IMG/VR virus record: IMGVR_UViG_3300032092_000011
Coordinates: 1-64,000 of that record
DNA: 64,000 nucleotides
Source of the DNA: a virus
Direction: 5' to 3' (one strand)
Position 1 is the stretch's first letter, and each line of letters starts with the position of its first letter. Of the stretch, positions 1 to 9,314 are shown piece after piece. A program made the position numbers and the translations under genes. A model generated the notes under the pieces. It was not told the DNA's origin. It saw nothing but the letters and a program-made list of their open reading frames with translations, and ran no database searches.

Positions 1-794
1 TTTACAACAGTAGCATCCTCATATAATTTCTTACATGAACTATAATGTGTGAGTTGACGTATACCATGAATATCCCACGTTGTTGCAGCTAATTTAAGAG
101 CATCTTCAACCAACATAGGATCTTCATAACACCAATGGTGGTGATAATCAAAAACTATTGGAATTCCAGTGTGAACCGAGACACCATGAACCAGATCACT
201 AATACTATATTGATTCTTTTTATCATCGTTTTCTAGTGTCAGCCTTGTCTTTACAGATAAATCTAAGGTGTCAAATGCTTTAATGAATCTTTGTATTGCA
301 TCTTCTTTACCACCTGCAGTTGTGTTAATATGAATATTGATAGCAGCATGTGGAGTTCTAGGAAGACCAATGAGATCCATGATTTCACCATGTTGATTTA
401 GTTCTTTGATTGAACGAACAACAACATTTGGGTTTTCACTAGCAATAACGCAAAAATGCCCCGGATGGAATGTTAGCCGCTGACCAGCATCCATTGCAAT
501 TTTACCAGCTCCTTTCAAAAGATTAGAAATCTTTACATAGTCTGGTAAATCTTTTAGTTCATACTCTGACATCCAAGGAAACATATCAGATGACATGCGA
601 TAAAGTTTGATTCCATTTTGATTATTCCATTTGATAATCTCAATAAGATCTCGAACGTTTTTGATTGCAAGCTCACTAGCATATTCAATTCCTTTTTGCT
701 CAAAAGTCTTTTTAATCATACCACGGCCGATCGTGATACCCTTTTCTTGCTGAAGGGTCATGTTTATACAGCAATAGCCAAAATTTACACTCAT
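1..794 (-). CDS. uvsE: UV DNA damage endonuclease UvsE (3' end runs off window)
   Basis: Not in ORF track. Hand translation gives MSVNFGYCCIN...LYRMSSDMFPW...RLTFHPGHFCVIAS...LTLENDDK...PIVFDYHHH, the UvdE/UvsE motifs. Confidence 0.93.
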   Translation of the reverse strand, partial: MSVNFGYCCINMTLQQEKGITIGRGMIKKTFEQKGIEYASELAIKNVRDLIEIIKWNNQNGIKLYRMSSDMFPWMSEYELKDLPDYVKISNLLKGAGKIAMDAGQRLTFHPGHFCVIASENPNVVVRSIKELNQHGEIMDLIGLPRTPHAAINIHINTTAGGKEDAIQRFIKAFDTLDLSVKTRLTLENDDKKNQYSISDLVHGVSVHTGIPIVFDYHHHWCYEDPMLVEDALKLAATTWDIHGIRQLTHYSSCKKLYEDATVV

Positions 795-946
795 ATTTTA
801 TCTTTAGGTTCTGGAGAAATAATATTGTTTCTCCACCATTTTTTAAACGTAGATTTATCAGATAATTTTTCTACGTAGTTTTCACCGACCATAATTACAA
901 TAAAAGAAAGTAAACTAATGGCCATTAAAGTTAACACTATTTCCAT
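791..946 (-). CDS. small membrane protein (51 aa)
   Basis: Hand translation MEIVLTLMAISLLSFIVIMVGENY...; stop overlaps the uvsE start (ATGA). Confidence 0.6.
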   Translation of the reverse strand: MEIVLTLMAISLLSFIVIMVGENYVEKLSDKSTFKKWWRNNIISPEPKDKI

Positions 947-956
947 ATTTAATTTT

Positions 957-1193
957 TTAACTTATACCAACCTCTCTTTTAATTGTTTCAAGTTGTCTCT
1001 CAATATCACATGCTTCTTCAAGTGTTAGAATATCTTCATCTAAAAAAAGTAATCCACCTTGAGTTTCAACCCAAACTTTATTGTCCATAATTAAATGATC
1101 TGCGACCAAATGAATACTCGAATCTTCTAACCAGACGACGTGACTTGCTTTATTAATTCGATTGATTCGTTGTTGGGTTGACATTAGTCCCAT
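957..1193 (-). CDS. hypothetical protein
   Basis: ORF tightly packed within the minus-strand run. Confidence 0.6.
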   Translation of the reverse strand: MGLMSTQQRINRINKASHVVWLEDSSIHLVADHLIMDNKVWVETQGGLLFLDEDILTLEEACDIERQLETIKREVGIS

Positions 1194-1609
1194 TGTTTTT
1201 CATATTTGTACCAATGATCAGCACTTGCACATTCTCGTAAGGCATCTATAATTAGATAATCCATTGTCTTTCCATCAATCTTTTCAAAGAATTCAATAAT
1301 ATCATTCTTTGCGTGTTCAATCTCTTCGGCGGTTGGGGTTTGAGCAACATGCTCTAAACCATTAAATCCAGCTGAACATACTGCTGAAATAGCTCGACTC
1401 GCAACTCTTTCATTGTCATTAAATCTTGAACCGAAATAATAATCAGAACGAGGATCGAGTTTGTTAATCATATCCCAAATCTCTTCATTCGTATGTCGAA
1501 GACGAAATACTGAAACCGCGGTTTCAATAATAGATTTATAATTATGAACTGCCGGATAGTTTGGGTTAAAAGAAATTCCGTTTGCTTTTACGTTTTTAAT
1601 GTCAATCAT
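1184..1609 (-). CDS. hypothetical protein (start revised to MIDIKNV)
   Basis: The ORF-track N-terminal extension lies inside the promoter motif at ~1628-1665. Confidence 0.7.
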   Translation of the reverse strand: MIDIKNVKANGISFNPNYPAVHNYKSIIETAVSVFRLRHTNEEIWDMINKLDPRSDYYFGSRFNDNERVASRAISAVCSAGFNGLEHVAQTPTAEEIEHAKNDIIEFFEKIDGKTMDYLIIDALRECASADHWYKYEKQWD

Positions 1610-1627
1610 TTTTAATTTGTTTTGTTG

Positions 1628-1665
1628 ATATGTAAATATAATCAATTTCTACGAAACGGTAAAAT
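1628..1665 (-). promoter_or_regulatory. early-type promoter TTTA-N19-TATATTTACATA
   Basis: Copy of a motif found ~13 times upstream of genes. Confidence 0.75.
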
Positions 1666-2201
1666 TATTTTTGAAGTTTTTTCAATAAAGCATCATGAAA
1701 TTCACCATAGTATGACTTACCACCAATATTCCAGGTATCTAATTCATTAATAGTGTAATTCCTATCATATGTTTTCCAATCGTATAAGGTGAAAGTGTTT
1801 CCTTTAAAATTAAAGACCCATTCAACCTGTACTTTGTCATCACCTGATGCTTCATTATACGTTGGTTCTCCAAATGCTTCTACCAATTGAGAATAATAAA
1901 ATCCTCGTAAATATCCTTGAAGAGAAGTACCACATGCATCTGCCGAATCTTTGTCCATTTTTTGCAAAACTTTACAGATAATCATCTCTTCTTCCCAAGG
2001 CTCTGATTCAAAATAGAGACCATATTCTTCTAGCAATGTTTCATATTTGCGCCAATTATTTGCTAATTCTAGTGCAACTTCTGTGAACTCTCCAGAGTCG
2101 GAAGGATCGATATTAATAAATCCATGATAGCTTTCATGATTTTCATCAAATTGAAAATCATTAGCAATAGTTTCAATGTAATTTTTAACTGTATTTTTCA
2201 T
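1665..2201 (-). CDS. hypothetical phage protein
   Basis: 178 aa ORF; C-terminal LVEAFGEP..DKVQVEW..FTLYDWK segment typical of phage hypotheticals. Confidence 0.75.
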   Translation of the reverse strand: MKNTVKNYIETIANDFQFDENHESYHGFINIDPSDSGEFTEVALELANNWRKYETLLEEYGLYFESEPWEEEMIICKVLQKMDKDSADACGTSLQGYLRGFYYSQLVEAFGEPTYNEASGDDKVQVEWVFNFKGNTFTLYDWKTYDRNYTINELDTWNIGGKSYYGEFHDALLKKLQK

Positions 2202-2202
2202 A

Positions 2203-2397
2203 TTAATATTGTTTACGTGTTTGTTCCCAGATGTTATTTGCCCAAGTGTTGAAATCTACTTTTTCTGATTCAACAGTTCTCATGATTCTGGGTTGACCAG
2301 GAGTTGGATAATTTACAGGTTCTCCGGCAGTTTTATTACGTCTGCGTTCCATGATTCGGTTGTTTACTTTTTCAATAATAATGTGTAGATATTTCAT
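2203..2397 (-). CDS. hypothetical protein
   Basis: ORF abutting its neighbours. Confidence 0.6.
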   Translation of the reverse strand: MKYLHIIIEKVNNRIMERRRNKTAGEPVNYPTPGQPRIMRTVESEKVDFNTWANNIWEQTRKQY

Positions 2398-2416
2398 AGA
2401 TTAGGGATTTATGATT

Positions 2417-2758
2417 TTAAATATAGTAAGACTCTTCTTGGTTATGTTTTGCAACCTGTTCAGCATCAAACTTTTCGTTTCTCCAGCAGAACGTATTAAG
2501 ATTTAAGTTATGCTTACGTTCATTTTGAGTACCAGGATATACTGTGATCTGTACCAATTTATCAGTAATTTTTGTAATTCTACCAGTATAAATCAAATTG
2601 TACGAGTCATATTCGGCAGTATCTCCAATATTAAAGCTATTGGTTTGAACTCCGTTCACGAAAATCTTAATTGATTTGTTACGCTCTAAATCTACTGAGT
2701 ATTTAGTTGCTACAGATGGATAATGTTTTCTTGCTTTGGTTTGAACTTGAATTAACAT
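2417..2758 (-). CDS. hypothetical protein
   Basis: ORF directly behind the promoter motif and an A-rich leader. Confidence 0.75.
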   Translation of the reverse strand: MLIQVQTKARKHYPSVATKYSVDLERNKSIKIFVNGVQTNSFNIGDTAEYDSYNLIYTGRITKITDKLVQITVYPGTQNERKHNLNLNTFCWRNEKFDAEQVAKHNQEESYYI

Positions 2759-2781
2759 ATTGTTTGTTTTAATTATTAATG

Positions 2782-2826
2782 ATATGTAAATATAAACAAT
2801 TTTCTCTAAACGGTAAAACTTTTTTC
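2782..2826 (-). promoter_or_regulatory. early-type promoter with two upstream GTTATTAACA boxes (~2843-2864)
   Basis: AAAGTTTTACCGTTTAGAGAAAATTGTTTATATTTACATATC on minus strand. Confidence 0.8.
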
Positions 2827-2858
2827 ACTTTTTTTCAAAAAAGTTATTAACAAAGTTA

Positions 2859-3128
2859 TTAACATTTTTCAAATTGCAACTGAGGATAGCGGCTGCAAAT
2901 ATCATAAACTCTACAAACTCGACTTGCTAATTCAGTTGGTAGAATTTCTAAAGCCAAAACTTGAAGGTCAGTATATAAATAACCATCAAATAGACCATAC
3001 AACTTATTTTCAAGTTCAAATGAACGATCAAAATCTTCAGCAAATCTAACTTCTCTAATAAGAGCTAAAATTTCAGATAAAGTTTCTTCGTTCATGTTTT
3101 CATGTCTGTTAAATCTAGAATGAGCCAT
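2859..3128 (-). CDS. hypothetical protein
   Basis: ORF behind the promoter motif at ~3148. Confidence 0.7.
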   Translation of the reverse strand: MAHSRFNRHENMNEETLSEILALIREVRFAEDFDRSFELENKLYGLFDGYLYTDLQVLALEILPTELASRVCRVYDICSRYPQLQFEKC

Positions 3129-3147
3129 AATGTGTTTGTTTTAATTG

Positions 3148-3192
3148 ATATGTAAATATAAACAAAAAACCCGACATAAAAAAATGTCGGGT
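3148..3192 (-). promoter_or_regulatory. early-type promoter overlapping an intrinsic terminator hairpin (CCCGACAT-A6-ATGTCGGG)
   Basis: TTGTTTATATTTACATATC plus an 8-bp stem followed by a T-run on the minus strand. Confidence 0.65.
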
Positions 3193-3220
3193 GAAATATT
3201 TTTAAAAAAGTTATTAACAA

Positions 3221-3565
3221 TTATTTCCAGAATAGCTGGACGCAGAGAAGCAGGATAGCTAAACCTAATGAGATAAGAGTCTTTGTATTCATGCCTTCTC
3301 CCATTATTAAATAGGTTAATGATGAAAATGCAATCATACCGGTTGCAAATCCAATAAATCTACCTGGCCAAAGTGCACCATCATAATAGGTAAATAATTC
3401 TCTAGTGGCCATTATAAACGTGTATGATATGATAACACCACCAAAAAGAGAAACCCAGAATGGATTCTTTTTAATCCACGGCCAGACAAATTGGCCATTA
3501 GTCTGAAACCAAACTAAAGATTGGCCAAATAGAAATAATAGAATTCCAAATATTAAATGCCTCAA
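3221..3565 (-). CDS. small membrane protein, ~4 TM helices
   Basis: Four hydrophobic segments. Confidence 0.75.
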   Translation of the reverse strand: MRHLIFGILLFLFGQSLVWFQTNGQFVWPWIKKNPFWVSLFGGVIISYTFIMATRELFTYYDGALWPGRFIGFATGMIAFSSLTYLIMGEGMNTKTLISLGLAILLLCVQLFWK

Positions 3566-4191
3566 AATAAAGATTCAGTTTTTGTAATCAAATGAGAAAT
3601 AAAACTAGGTCTATGTTCAATTGACGGGCCAGTTTCCTGTATTGCTGTAATATGTTGTTTAGTCCCATATCCTTTATTAGAAGCCCAGCCATAGATCTTA
3701 TTACTATCATGCTCATTTAGAGATTTCATATAATTATCTCTAGCAACTTTAGCAAGAATAGAGGCAGCAGCAATTGAGGTGTACTTGTTATCTCCACCAA
3801 CAACTGTTGTATATGTTTTATCCTTATATCCATGGAATTGGTCTCCATCGATTAGAATAAAATCAAAATCAACTTCTTCCTGTACATTTGAAAGTGCTTG
3901 GTTCATACCATGTAGAGTTGCTTTAAGAATATTCATTCTCTCAATATCTTCTACGCCGATGTTAACAACACTCCATGCGATTGCATGTTGGAGAACTATT
4001 TCATGTGCTTGTTTCTTTTGAGATTCTGATAATAGCTTAGAATCTTTAACAAGAGGATGTTGAAAATCCTTTGGCATAATACATGCTGCTACAGTAACTG
4101 GACCAGCTAAAGCTCCTCTTCCAGCTTCGTCAACACCAACTTCAATAACTTCAGAATCGTTATTGTATTGTGATTTTAATAAAATTTGCAT
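3562..4191 (-). CDS. rnhB: ribonuclease HII
   Basis: GVDEAGRGALAGP, KDSK, IDG, SIAAASILAKVARD, NKGYGT, HRPSF motifs. Confidence 0.96.
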   Translation of the reverse strand: MQILLKSQYNNDSEVIEVGVDEAGRGALAGPVTVAACIMPKDFQHPLVKDSKLLSESQKKQAHEIVLQHAIAWSVVNIGVEDIERMNILKATLHGMNQALSNVQEEVDFDFILIDGDQFHGYKDKTYTTVVGGDNKYTSIAAASILAKVARDNYMKSLNEHDSNKIYGWASNKGYGTKQHITAIQETGPSIEHRPSFISHLITKTESLF

Positions 4192-4605
4192 TTATATAGA
4201 TTTTTTAAGATTTTCATAAATTTCGTTAATCATAGTACTTTCATTTGCAAAGATTTCTTTTTCCATGTTTCTGCGAATGTTTTCGATATGATTTCGTACA
4301 TAATTAACCATTTTGTTGGCTTCGCTTGAAGTAAGACTCTTGGTTATAAAAAACTTGTGATTAGTTATTCTAACACCATCATCTCCTAAAACAATATAAT
4401 AATCAAGATCTTTATTCTGTAAGTAATATGTTCCACTTACAGGGGCTATTAAGAATTTCGTGCCTTTGTTTTTACACATTGCCCTGACGATTGCATAGAT
4501 CTTTGAAATTTCAGAATTCATCTTAGAACTTCCGTTTGATAAATTAGAATCTAAAACCCTAGTAATCTTTAATTTAGTAATCTTATAAAACCTTTTAAAG
4601 CCCAT
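4192..4605 (-). CDS. hypothetical protein
   Basis: 137 aa ORF abutting rnhB. Confidence 0.7.
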   Translation of the reverse strand: MGFKRFYKITKLKITRVLDSNLSNGSSKMNSEISKIYAIVRAMCKNKGTKFLIAPVSGTYYLQNKDLDYYIVLGDDGVRITNHKFFITKSLTSSEANKMVNYVRNHIENIRRNMEKEIFANESTMINEIYENLKKSI

Positions 4606-4670
4606 ACAAATATTAGTTAGTTTAACTTAATACTTATATGGGCTTTTTATTAAAAGTTTATTAGTAAATT

Positions 4671-5360
4671 CTATTTGTTATTGTCGTACTTCCATTTCTC
4701 ATATCGGCGTACAATCTCTTGTAAGATTTCAGCACGTACAATATCTTCATCACCAAAGGTATGGACACCAACCCCTTTCACGTCTTTCATCAAGTCGATA
4801 AATGCCGGTAGCGATACCTTACTCTTTTCAATATCGTATTGGCTAACATCACCCGCAATAACAACTTTACTATCATTACCCATTCTTGTAATAAATAGCA
4901 TTAGCTGTTTGTAGTCGGCATTTTGAGCTTCGTCAAGAATCATAATTGCATCATCAAATGTATCTCCTCTCATATAAGCTAGAGGTTGAAATTCAATAAC
5001 ACCTCTGCCCATAATATTGTGAGCTTCTGTAAAACCAACAATTTTTTCAATATTTGAGGTAAATGATTTGATATATGGAGCTATCTTTTCATCAATTGTT
5101 CCAGGTAAGAAACCTAACTTTTCACCAGCTTCTTGTATTGGTTTTGTTAAGATGATTTTCTTGATTTTCTTTTCTTTGTAGAGTTTTAATGCGGCATACA
5201 TTGCCGAAAAAGTTTTAGAAGTTCCTGCCGGACCGTGACAGAATGTAATTTGATTTTTAAGAATGGTTTCAACATATTTAGCTTGTGTATCTTTTAGATA
5301 GACTTTGCTAAGTGCCGATTCTGTTGTTTGTGCTGATGCTCGATCTTTTCTTGTAGCCAT
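4671..5360 (-). CDS. phoH: PhoH family ATPase (start revised to MATRKDR)
   Basis: GPAGTSKT, EKLGFLPG, LAYMRGDTF, ILDEAQN, GDVSQYD motifs. Confidence 0.95.
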   Translation of the reverse strand: MATRKDRASAQTTESALSKVYLKDTQAKYVETILKNQITFCHGPAGTSKTFSAMYAALKLYKEKKIKKIILTKPIQEAGEKLGFLPGTIDEKIAPYIKSFTSNIEKIVGFTEAHNIMGRGVIEFQPLAYMRGDTFDDAIMILDEAQNADYKQLMLFITRMGNDSKVVIAGDVSQYDIEKSKVSLPAFIDLMKDVKGVGVHTFGDEDIVRAEILQEIVRRYEKWKYDNNK

Positions 5361-5374
5361 ATGTGTTTTTGTAT

Positions 5375-5632
5375 TTAGTCTCCAGCCATTTTGACTAGTG
5401 ATTTTAACTTTAATAGAGTATCGCACTTCTCGTACTCTTCCTTCTTTTCGAAGTATTCAATTAATAAATCTATAAATTTAGATCGTTGACCTAAGCCATG
5501 TGGGATTTCAATAAGATCCTTACCTTCTTGAAACACAACGAAGCGATTTACAGTTTTTGTAAAGTTGCGGGTCAAAGTGTAGTAACTTGACCTCATAATA
5601 TCATCCTTTTCTCGATTTGAAATTTGACTCAT
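5375..5632 (-). CDS. UVR (UvrB/UvrC)-like motif protein (start MSQISNR)
   Basis: C-terminal LLIEYFEKKEEYEKCDTLLKLK. Confidence 0.7.
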   Translation of the reverse strand: MSQISNREKDDIMRSSYYTLTRNFTKTVNRFVVFQEGKDLIEIPHGLGQRSKFIDLLIEYFEKKEEYEKCDTLLKLKSLVKMAGD

Positions 5633-5705
5633 GTACTCAGTGATAACCATTCTTATGGTATATATTAACCGGAATATCGGCAATACGGTGAGATACTATA
5701 GTATT

Positions 5706-5903
5706 TTATGATTCTTTTTCTGAGTCAGTTTTTAACTTTTGAATATAAGTTGCCTTTCTAACCTCATCTCTTCTAGTAACAGATGGTTTGACAAATTCTT
5801 TACGATCTCGTAATTGATTAATTTGTTTTGTTTTAACAACTTTGGTTTTATACTTTTTTAAAGCCTGTTCGATATTTCCGTTTTTAACTTCAACTATAAT
5901 CAT
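5706..5903 (-). CDS. rpsU: 30S ribosomal protein bS21
   Basis: MIIVEVKNGNIEQALKKYKTK...LRDRKEFVKPSVTRR...KATYIQ, Bacteroidota-type bS21. Confidence 0.92.
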   Translation of the reverse strand: MIIVEVKNGNIEQALKKYKTKVVKTKQINQLRDRKEFVKPSVTRRDEVRKATYIQKLKTDSEKES

Positions 5904-6154
5904 TTTATCTCTTGTATTATTTTTTTAAGTTCATTACATTTTTCATATTCTTCTCTAGCCTCAAACCAGCTAATAATAAATGTAATTGCCTCTAGTTTTT
6001 CTTCTTTGGATGATGTACTATTTAATGCATCTTGTTTTCTATTTATTATAGCTTTATAAACAAGATCCATCATCTTCTCTCTGGGTAGATTTCTTACCGA
6101 ATTAAAAAATCTAAGAGAATCCTCGTCCATTGAAAATTCAGCATCTTCTATCAT
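5900..6154 (-). CDS. UVR-like motif protein
   Basis: C-terminal IISWFEAREEYEKCNELKKII. Confidence 0.7.
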   Translation of the reverse strand: MIEDAEFSMDEDSLRFFNSVRNLPREKMMDLVYKAIINRKQDALNSTSSKEEKLEAITFIISWFEAREEYEKCNELKKIIQEIK

Positions 6155-6957
6155 TCTAATTCTTTAATTTTTCTTATTATTTCCATTTGTTCATCCGTTA
6201 TCGATGAAAAATCACCATGGACCTTAACAAATAAATTACCAAAGGTATTTTCTCGGTATATTGGCATTCCCTTTCCAGGAATTCTCAATACTCTACCGCT
6301 AGTGGTCTTAGGTGGTATATTTATTTTATATTTTCCAAATGGAGTTTCAATATTGACATCGATACCTAATATTAAATCATAGAAAGGTAAATAGTGATCA
6401 ATCCACATGTCAGACCCTTGAACTACAATTCTTTCGTCCGGATTAATCAATATGTTAATAATTAGATCGCCTCTAGGCGCAGCTGTATTATATGGGTTGT
6501 AAGATCCTCTGCCATATACCTTTAAAACCATTCCGTTCTGCAAACCTCTAGCAAAATCAACTTTGACTTTATCAAAATTTAAATCAAAGTTCTTAGAACA
6601 ACCGTAATATGCTTCTTCTAATGTGAATGTTGCGTTAATTCTAACATTGGAGCCTGCTGCGTTTTGTTTATAATTTCGGTCAAAACTGTCACCCCAATTT
6701 CCATTCCATTGGCTGAATAAATCATTTAGATTAAAGCTATTAAATCCACTAAATTTTCTAGTAGAATCATACACGCTTCTTTTGTCAACGTTACCTAACG
6801 TCTCGTACGCTTCTTGTACTTTTTGAAATTTATCTTTAGCAGATGAGTCATTTGGATTTCTATCAGGGTGCAAATCTTTTGCCAATCGCCGATAAGCAGC
6901 CTTAATTTCTTCCGGTGTCGCCGTTTCTTGAACCCCTAAGGTTTGATAATAACTCAT
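6151..6957 (-). CDS. dnaJ: DnaJ/CbpA-type co-chaperone (J domain and C-terminal domain, no Zn finger)
   Basis: YYQTLGV...IKAAYRRLAKDLHPDRN; LRIPGKGMP C-terminal motif. Confidence 0.92.
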   Translation of the reverse strand: MSYYQTLGVQETATPEEIKAAYRRLAKDLHPDRNPNDSSAKDKFQKVQEAYETLGNVDKRSVYDSTRKFSGFNSFNLNDLFSQWNGNWGDSFDRNYKQNAAGSNVRINATFTLEEAYYGCSKNFDLNFDKVKVDFARGLQNGMVLKVYGRGSYNPYNTAAPRGDLIINILINPDERIVVQGSDMWIDHYLPFYDLILGIDVNIETPFGKYKINIPPKTTSGRVLRIPGKGMPIYRENTFGNLFVKVHGDFSSITDEQMEIIRKIKELE

Positions 6958-7090
6958 TCTTTTCTGCTTTTAACGCTTCTTTGCGCTGTTCAACGATAGA
7001 TTTCTTTTGTTCACGCTCCATTGCATCAGCAACTCTTTTTACCTGAGCCGTTAATGCTGTTAAAGCTGAAATAAGTTCTTTATCTGTCAT
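6902..7090 (-). CDS. small coiled-coil hypothetical protein
   Basis: 62 aa ORF whose 3' end overlaps the dnaJ start. Confidence 0.5.
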   Translation of the reverse strand: MTDKELISALTALTAQVKRVADAMEREQKKSIVEQRKEALKAEKNELLSNLRGSRNGDTGRN

Positions 7091-7124
7091 AGTTTTAAAA
7101 TTAATTATACAATATGTATCATAA

Positions 7125-7149
7125 TAAAAAAGGAGGCTTATGCCTCCTT
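7125..7149 (-). terminator. intrinsic terminator
   Basis: AAGGAGGC-TTAT-GCCTCCTT stem with an A-run (T-run on minus strand). Confidence 0.7.
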
Positions 7150-7437
7150 AAGATCAGTCAGATATTTTTGTAATATCGTACATTTTTCGTATTCCTCAGT
7201 TTCGACGAACCAACTTAACATGAACTCTAAAGTGTCGATTAGTTGAGTATTATTGAGGTTGATTAGCTTCATTCTCTCAATGTCAATACCATTTACTTCG
7301 ATATTTTTAAAGTTTGCTCGAACTAATTGATCGACTACGTCGTGATAAACACCTTTAATTTCGTTTGATTTCATAATTTGTTCTAGTTCATCATGTTCTT
7401 CCGTGAACTCGTTTTCTAAATCTTCGTTGTTAAACAT
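7138..7437 (-). CDS. UVR-like motif protein
   Basis: C-terminal MLSWFVETEEYEKCTILQKYL; preceded by an early-type promoter at ~7453-7495. Confidence 0.7.
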   Translation of the reverse strand: MFNNEDLENEFTEEHDELEQIMKSNEIKGVYHDVVDQLVRANFKNIEVNGIDIERMKLINLNNTQLIDTLEFMLSWFVETEEYEKCTILQKYLTDLKEA

Positions 7438-7495
7438 ATCTATTTGTTTTATGATATGTAAATATAAACAAAAAAATTCAAACGGAAAAACTTTT

Positions 7496-7870
7496 TTAAA
7501 AAATTTTTACTTTTTTAACTTCTGTCTTTTTAGAAAATGCAACACTCAATATTCCATTAGTATGTGACGCTTTTAAATTATCAACATCAACATCAGAACC
7601 TAGTGTAAATTTTCTAACAAATGATTTTTTAAACTTGTTAGAAGCTTTCTCATCGATTTCAGCAGAAATTACAAGATCCATACCTTCAACTTCAATACTC
7701 AATTCATCTGTTTCAAATCCAGGTACTGCTAAATGAAGGGTGTTGTTTTCAACATAATAATCTTTGAATTGATCTGTTGAAATCCAGGTTGTTTTCCAGA
7801 TTGGTTCGCTAATGTTGTCGAACATTTTTTCTACTACTTTGTCAAATGAAGTTCCTCTTGTTGTAAACAT
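7496..7870 (-). CDS. small heat-shock protein Hsp20/alpha-crystallin
   Basis: LAVPGF..DELSIEVEG..L.ISAE...SFVRKFTL...ASHTNGILSV. Confidence 0.9.
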   Translation of the reverse strand: MFTTRGTSFDKVVEKMFDNISEPIWKTTWISTDQFKDYYVENNTLHLAVPGFETDELSIEVEGMDLVISAEIDEKASNKFKKSFVRKFTLGSDVDVDNLKASHTNGILSVAFSKKTEVKKVKIF

Positions 7871-7894
7871 AATTTATTATATTTTTGGTTTCTG

Positions 7895-7960
7895 GCTTAT
7901 GCCATTACTAATATATGTACAAAAAGTATGCCAATTTGATTTTTATGCCAAATTGTCATA
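7895..7960 (-). promoter_or_regulatory. sigma54-like promoter with TG(A/G)CA repeats upstream of hsp20
   Basis: Minus strand TATGACAATTTGGCATAAAAATCAAATTGGCATACTTTTTGTA (GG-N10-GT spacing). Confidence 0.45.
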
Positions 7961-7963
7961 TTT

Positions 7964-8698
7964 TTAAAAATCTGAGTTTCTAATTGGTGACATATTGGCA
8001 AATCTTAAAACTAGACTTCCGGCTGCCTCAATATCCTCTTCGCAATAATTTTTAATATCTTCAATTCTACCAGCCCAATATGCCGCACCGACTTCTCCAG
8101 CCGACATTTCATCTTTTGGATTTTTAATACCTAAAAGAAGACAAATATGAGCAAGAGCTGCGCTACTCCAGCCACCGGCTTTCCATACCTCGTATGTATC
8201 AATTAAACAGTTTTCCCATGGTTTCATTTTATGTAAATGAAGTTGTTTAGGTAGATCTAGCCCATGAACAATACTTTTTTTGATGATATATGGAATATCA
8301 AATCCTTTAATATTATGTCCAACTAATTTGATTCCAGGCGCCTTAAAAAATACAATCTTCATGAATTCAATAAATTCTGAAAGTAGATCCTTCTCATCGG
8401 TACCATAAAATGATTTCTTTTGCATGAATGGATTTCCTTCTTCATCGAATTTAACTTGACCAACTGAGATACACACAATTCTACCCCATTCAGCAGAAAG
8501 AGATGCTTTTTGATAATAAATCTCATCATCAGATAGATTCTTTAATTCAACGTCCTCATCTCTGATAAATTTAGCCTTTCTTTCCCAAAAACTTTTGAGA
8601 GATGGAATATTGGTAATAGCTTCTTGATATGTTTCAAACCCAGAGGTCGTCTCAATATCAATAAAAAGCATTCCTTTAATTTCTTCTTGATTATACAT
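7964..8698 (-). CDS. PolB-related 3'-5' exonuclease (DEDD)
   Basis: FIDIET, GRIVCIS, LVGHNIKGFDIPY, IDT, YCEED motifs. Confidence 0.88.
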   Translation of the reverse strand: MYNQEEIKGMLFIDIETTSGFETYQEAITNIPSLKSFWERKAKFIRDEDVELKNLSDDEIYYQKASLSAEWGRIVCISVGQVKFDEEGNPFMQKKSFYGTDEKDLLSEFIEFMKIVFFKAPGIKLVGHNIKGFDIPYIIKKSIVHGLDLPKQLHLHKMKPWENCLIDTYEVWKAGGWSSAALAHICLLLGIKNPKDEMSAGEVGAAYWAGRIEDIKNYCEEDIEAAGSLVLRFANMSPIRNSDF

Positions 8699-8979
8699 TA
8701 TTCATATTTAGTTTTAGTAATACTGTCTACCTCTTTAATTATATCAAATATAGAACATGAGTAAATCCAATAAGGTCGACCCATTCGCTTAGTATCGTTG
8801 TCGCTTGCTGGTACATGGAATGAGTACCACTTAACACCATATGTTTTTGTTAAATTTTCATTAACACCAACACATTCGCCTTGATATGTTGTCATTTTAG
8901 CCCAAACAAATTCATAGAACTTGCCTTCTTTGGGATTCTTAACGTTAACGATTTGGATTTCTTTAGGTTTCTTTGCCAT
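8698..8979 (-). CDS. hypothetical protein
   Basis: ORF behind an early-type promoter at ~8994-9032. Confidence 0.7.
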   Translation of the reverse strand: MAKKPKEIQIVNVKNPKEGKFYEFVWAKMTTYQGECVGVNENLTKTYGVKWYSFHVPASDNDTKRMGRPYWIYSCSIFDIIKEVDSITKTKYE

Positions 8980-9074
8980 AATTTCTAATTGTTTATGTAA
9001 ATATAAACAAAAAAATCGACACGGTAAAATTTTTGTGAAAGATTTTAAGATTATATGAGTAATCTTAAGAAAGT

Positions 9075-9314
9075 TTAATCCAACTGCTCAAATGGATCTG
9101 ACCAGGTTCTAGACTGACGAACCTTAACATATTGGTCGTATGTTAAATGAATTGCTATATAACCTCCTGAAATAGAATATGGAGCATCGGTCTCTGAAAA
9201 CCAATATTGAGGTGGAATTTCTACCCTATCATTTAAAAAATCAAAAAGCTCGTCGACGAGCATATGGTGTACATATATGGTTAAAACCATGCATTTGTTA
9301 TTAGGGTACCCCAT
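9075..9314 (-). CDS. hypothetical protein
   Basis: Probable start MGYPNN, coupled (TAATG) to the upstream gene. Confidence 0.6.
   Translation of the reverse strand: MGYPNNKCMVLTIYVHHMLVDELFDFLNDRVEIPPQYWFSETDAPYSISGGYIAIHLTYDQYVKVRQSRTWSDPFEQLD

Noticed and set aside
618-878. Plus-strand 86-aa ORF, and similar antisense ORFs at 3779, 4675, 12396, 22278, 28292, 60714, 63736
   Set aside because: Antisense to well-supported minus-strand genes
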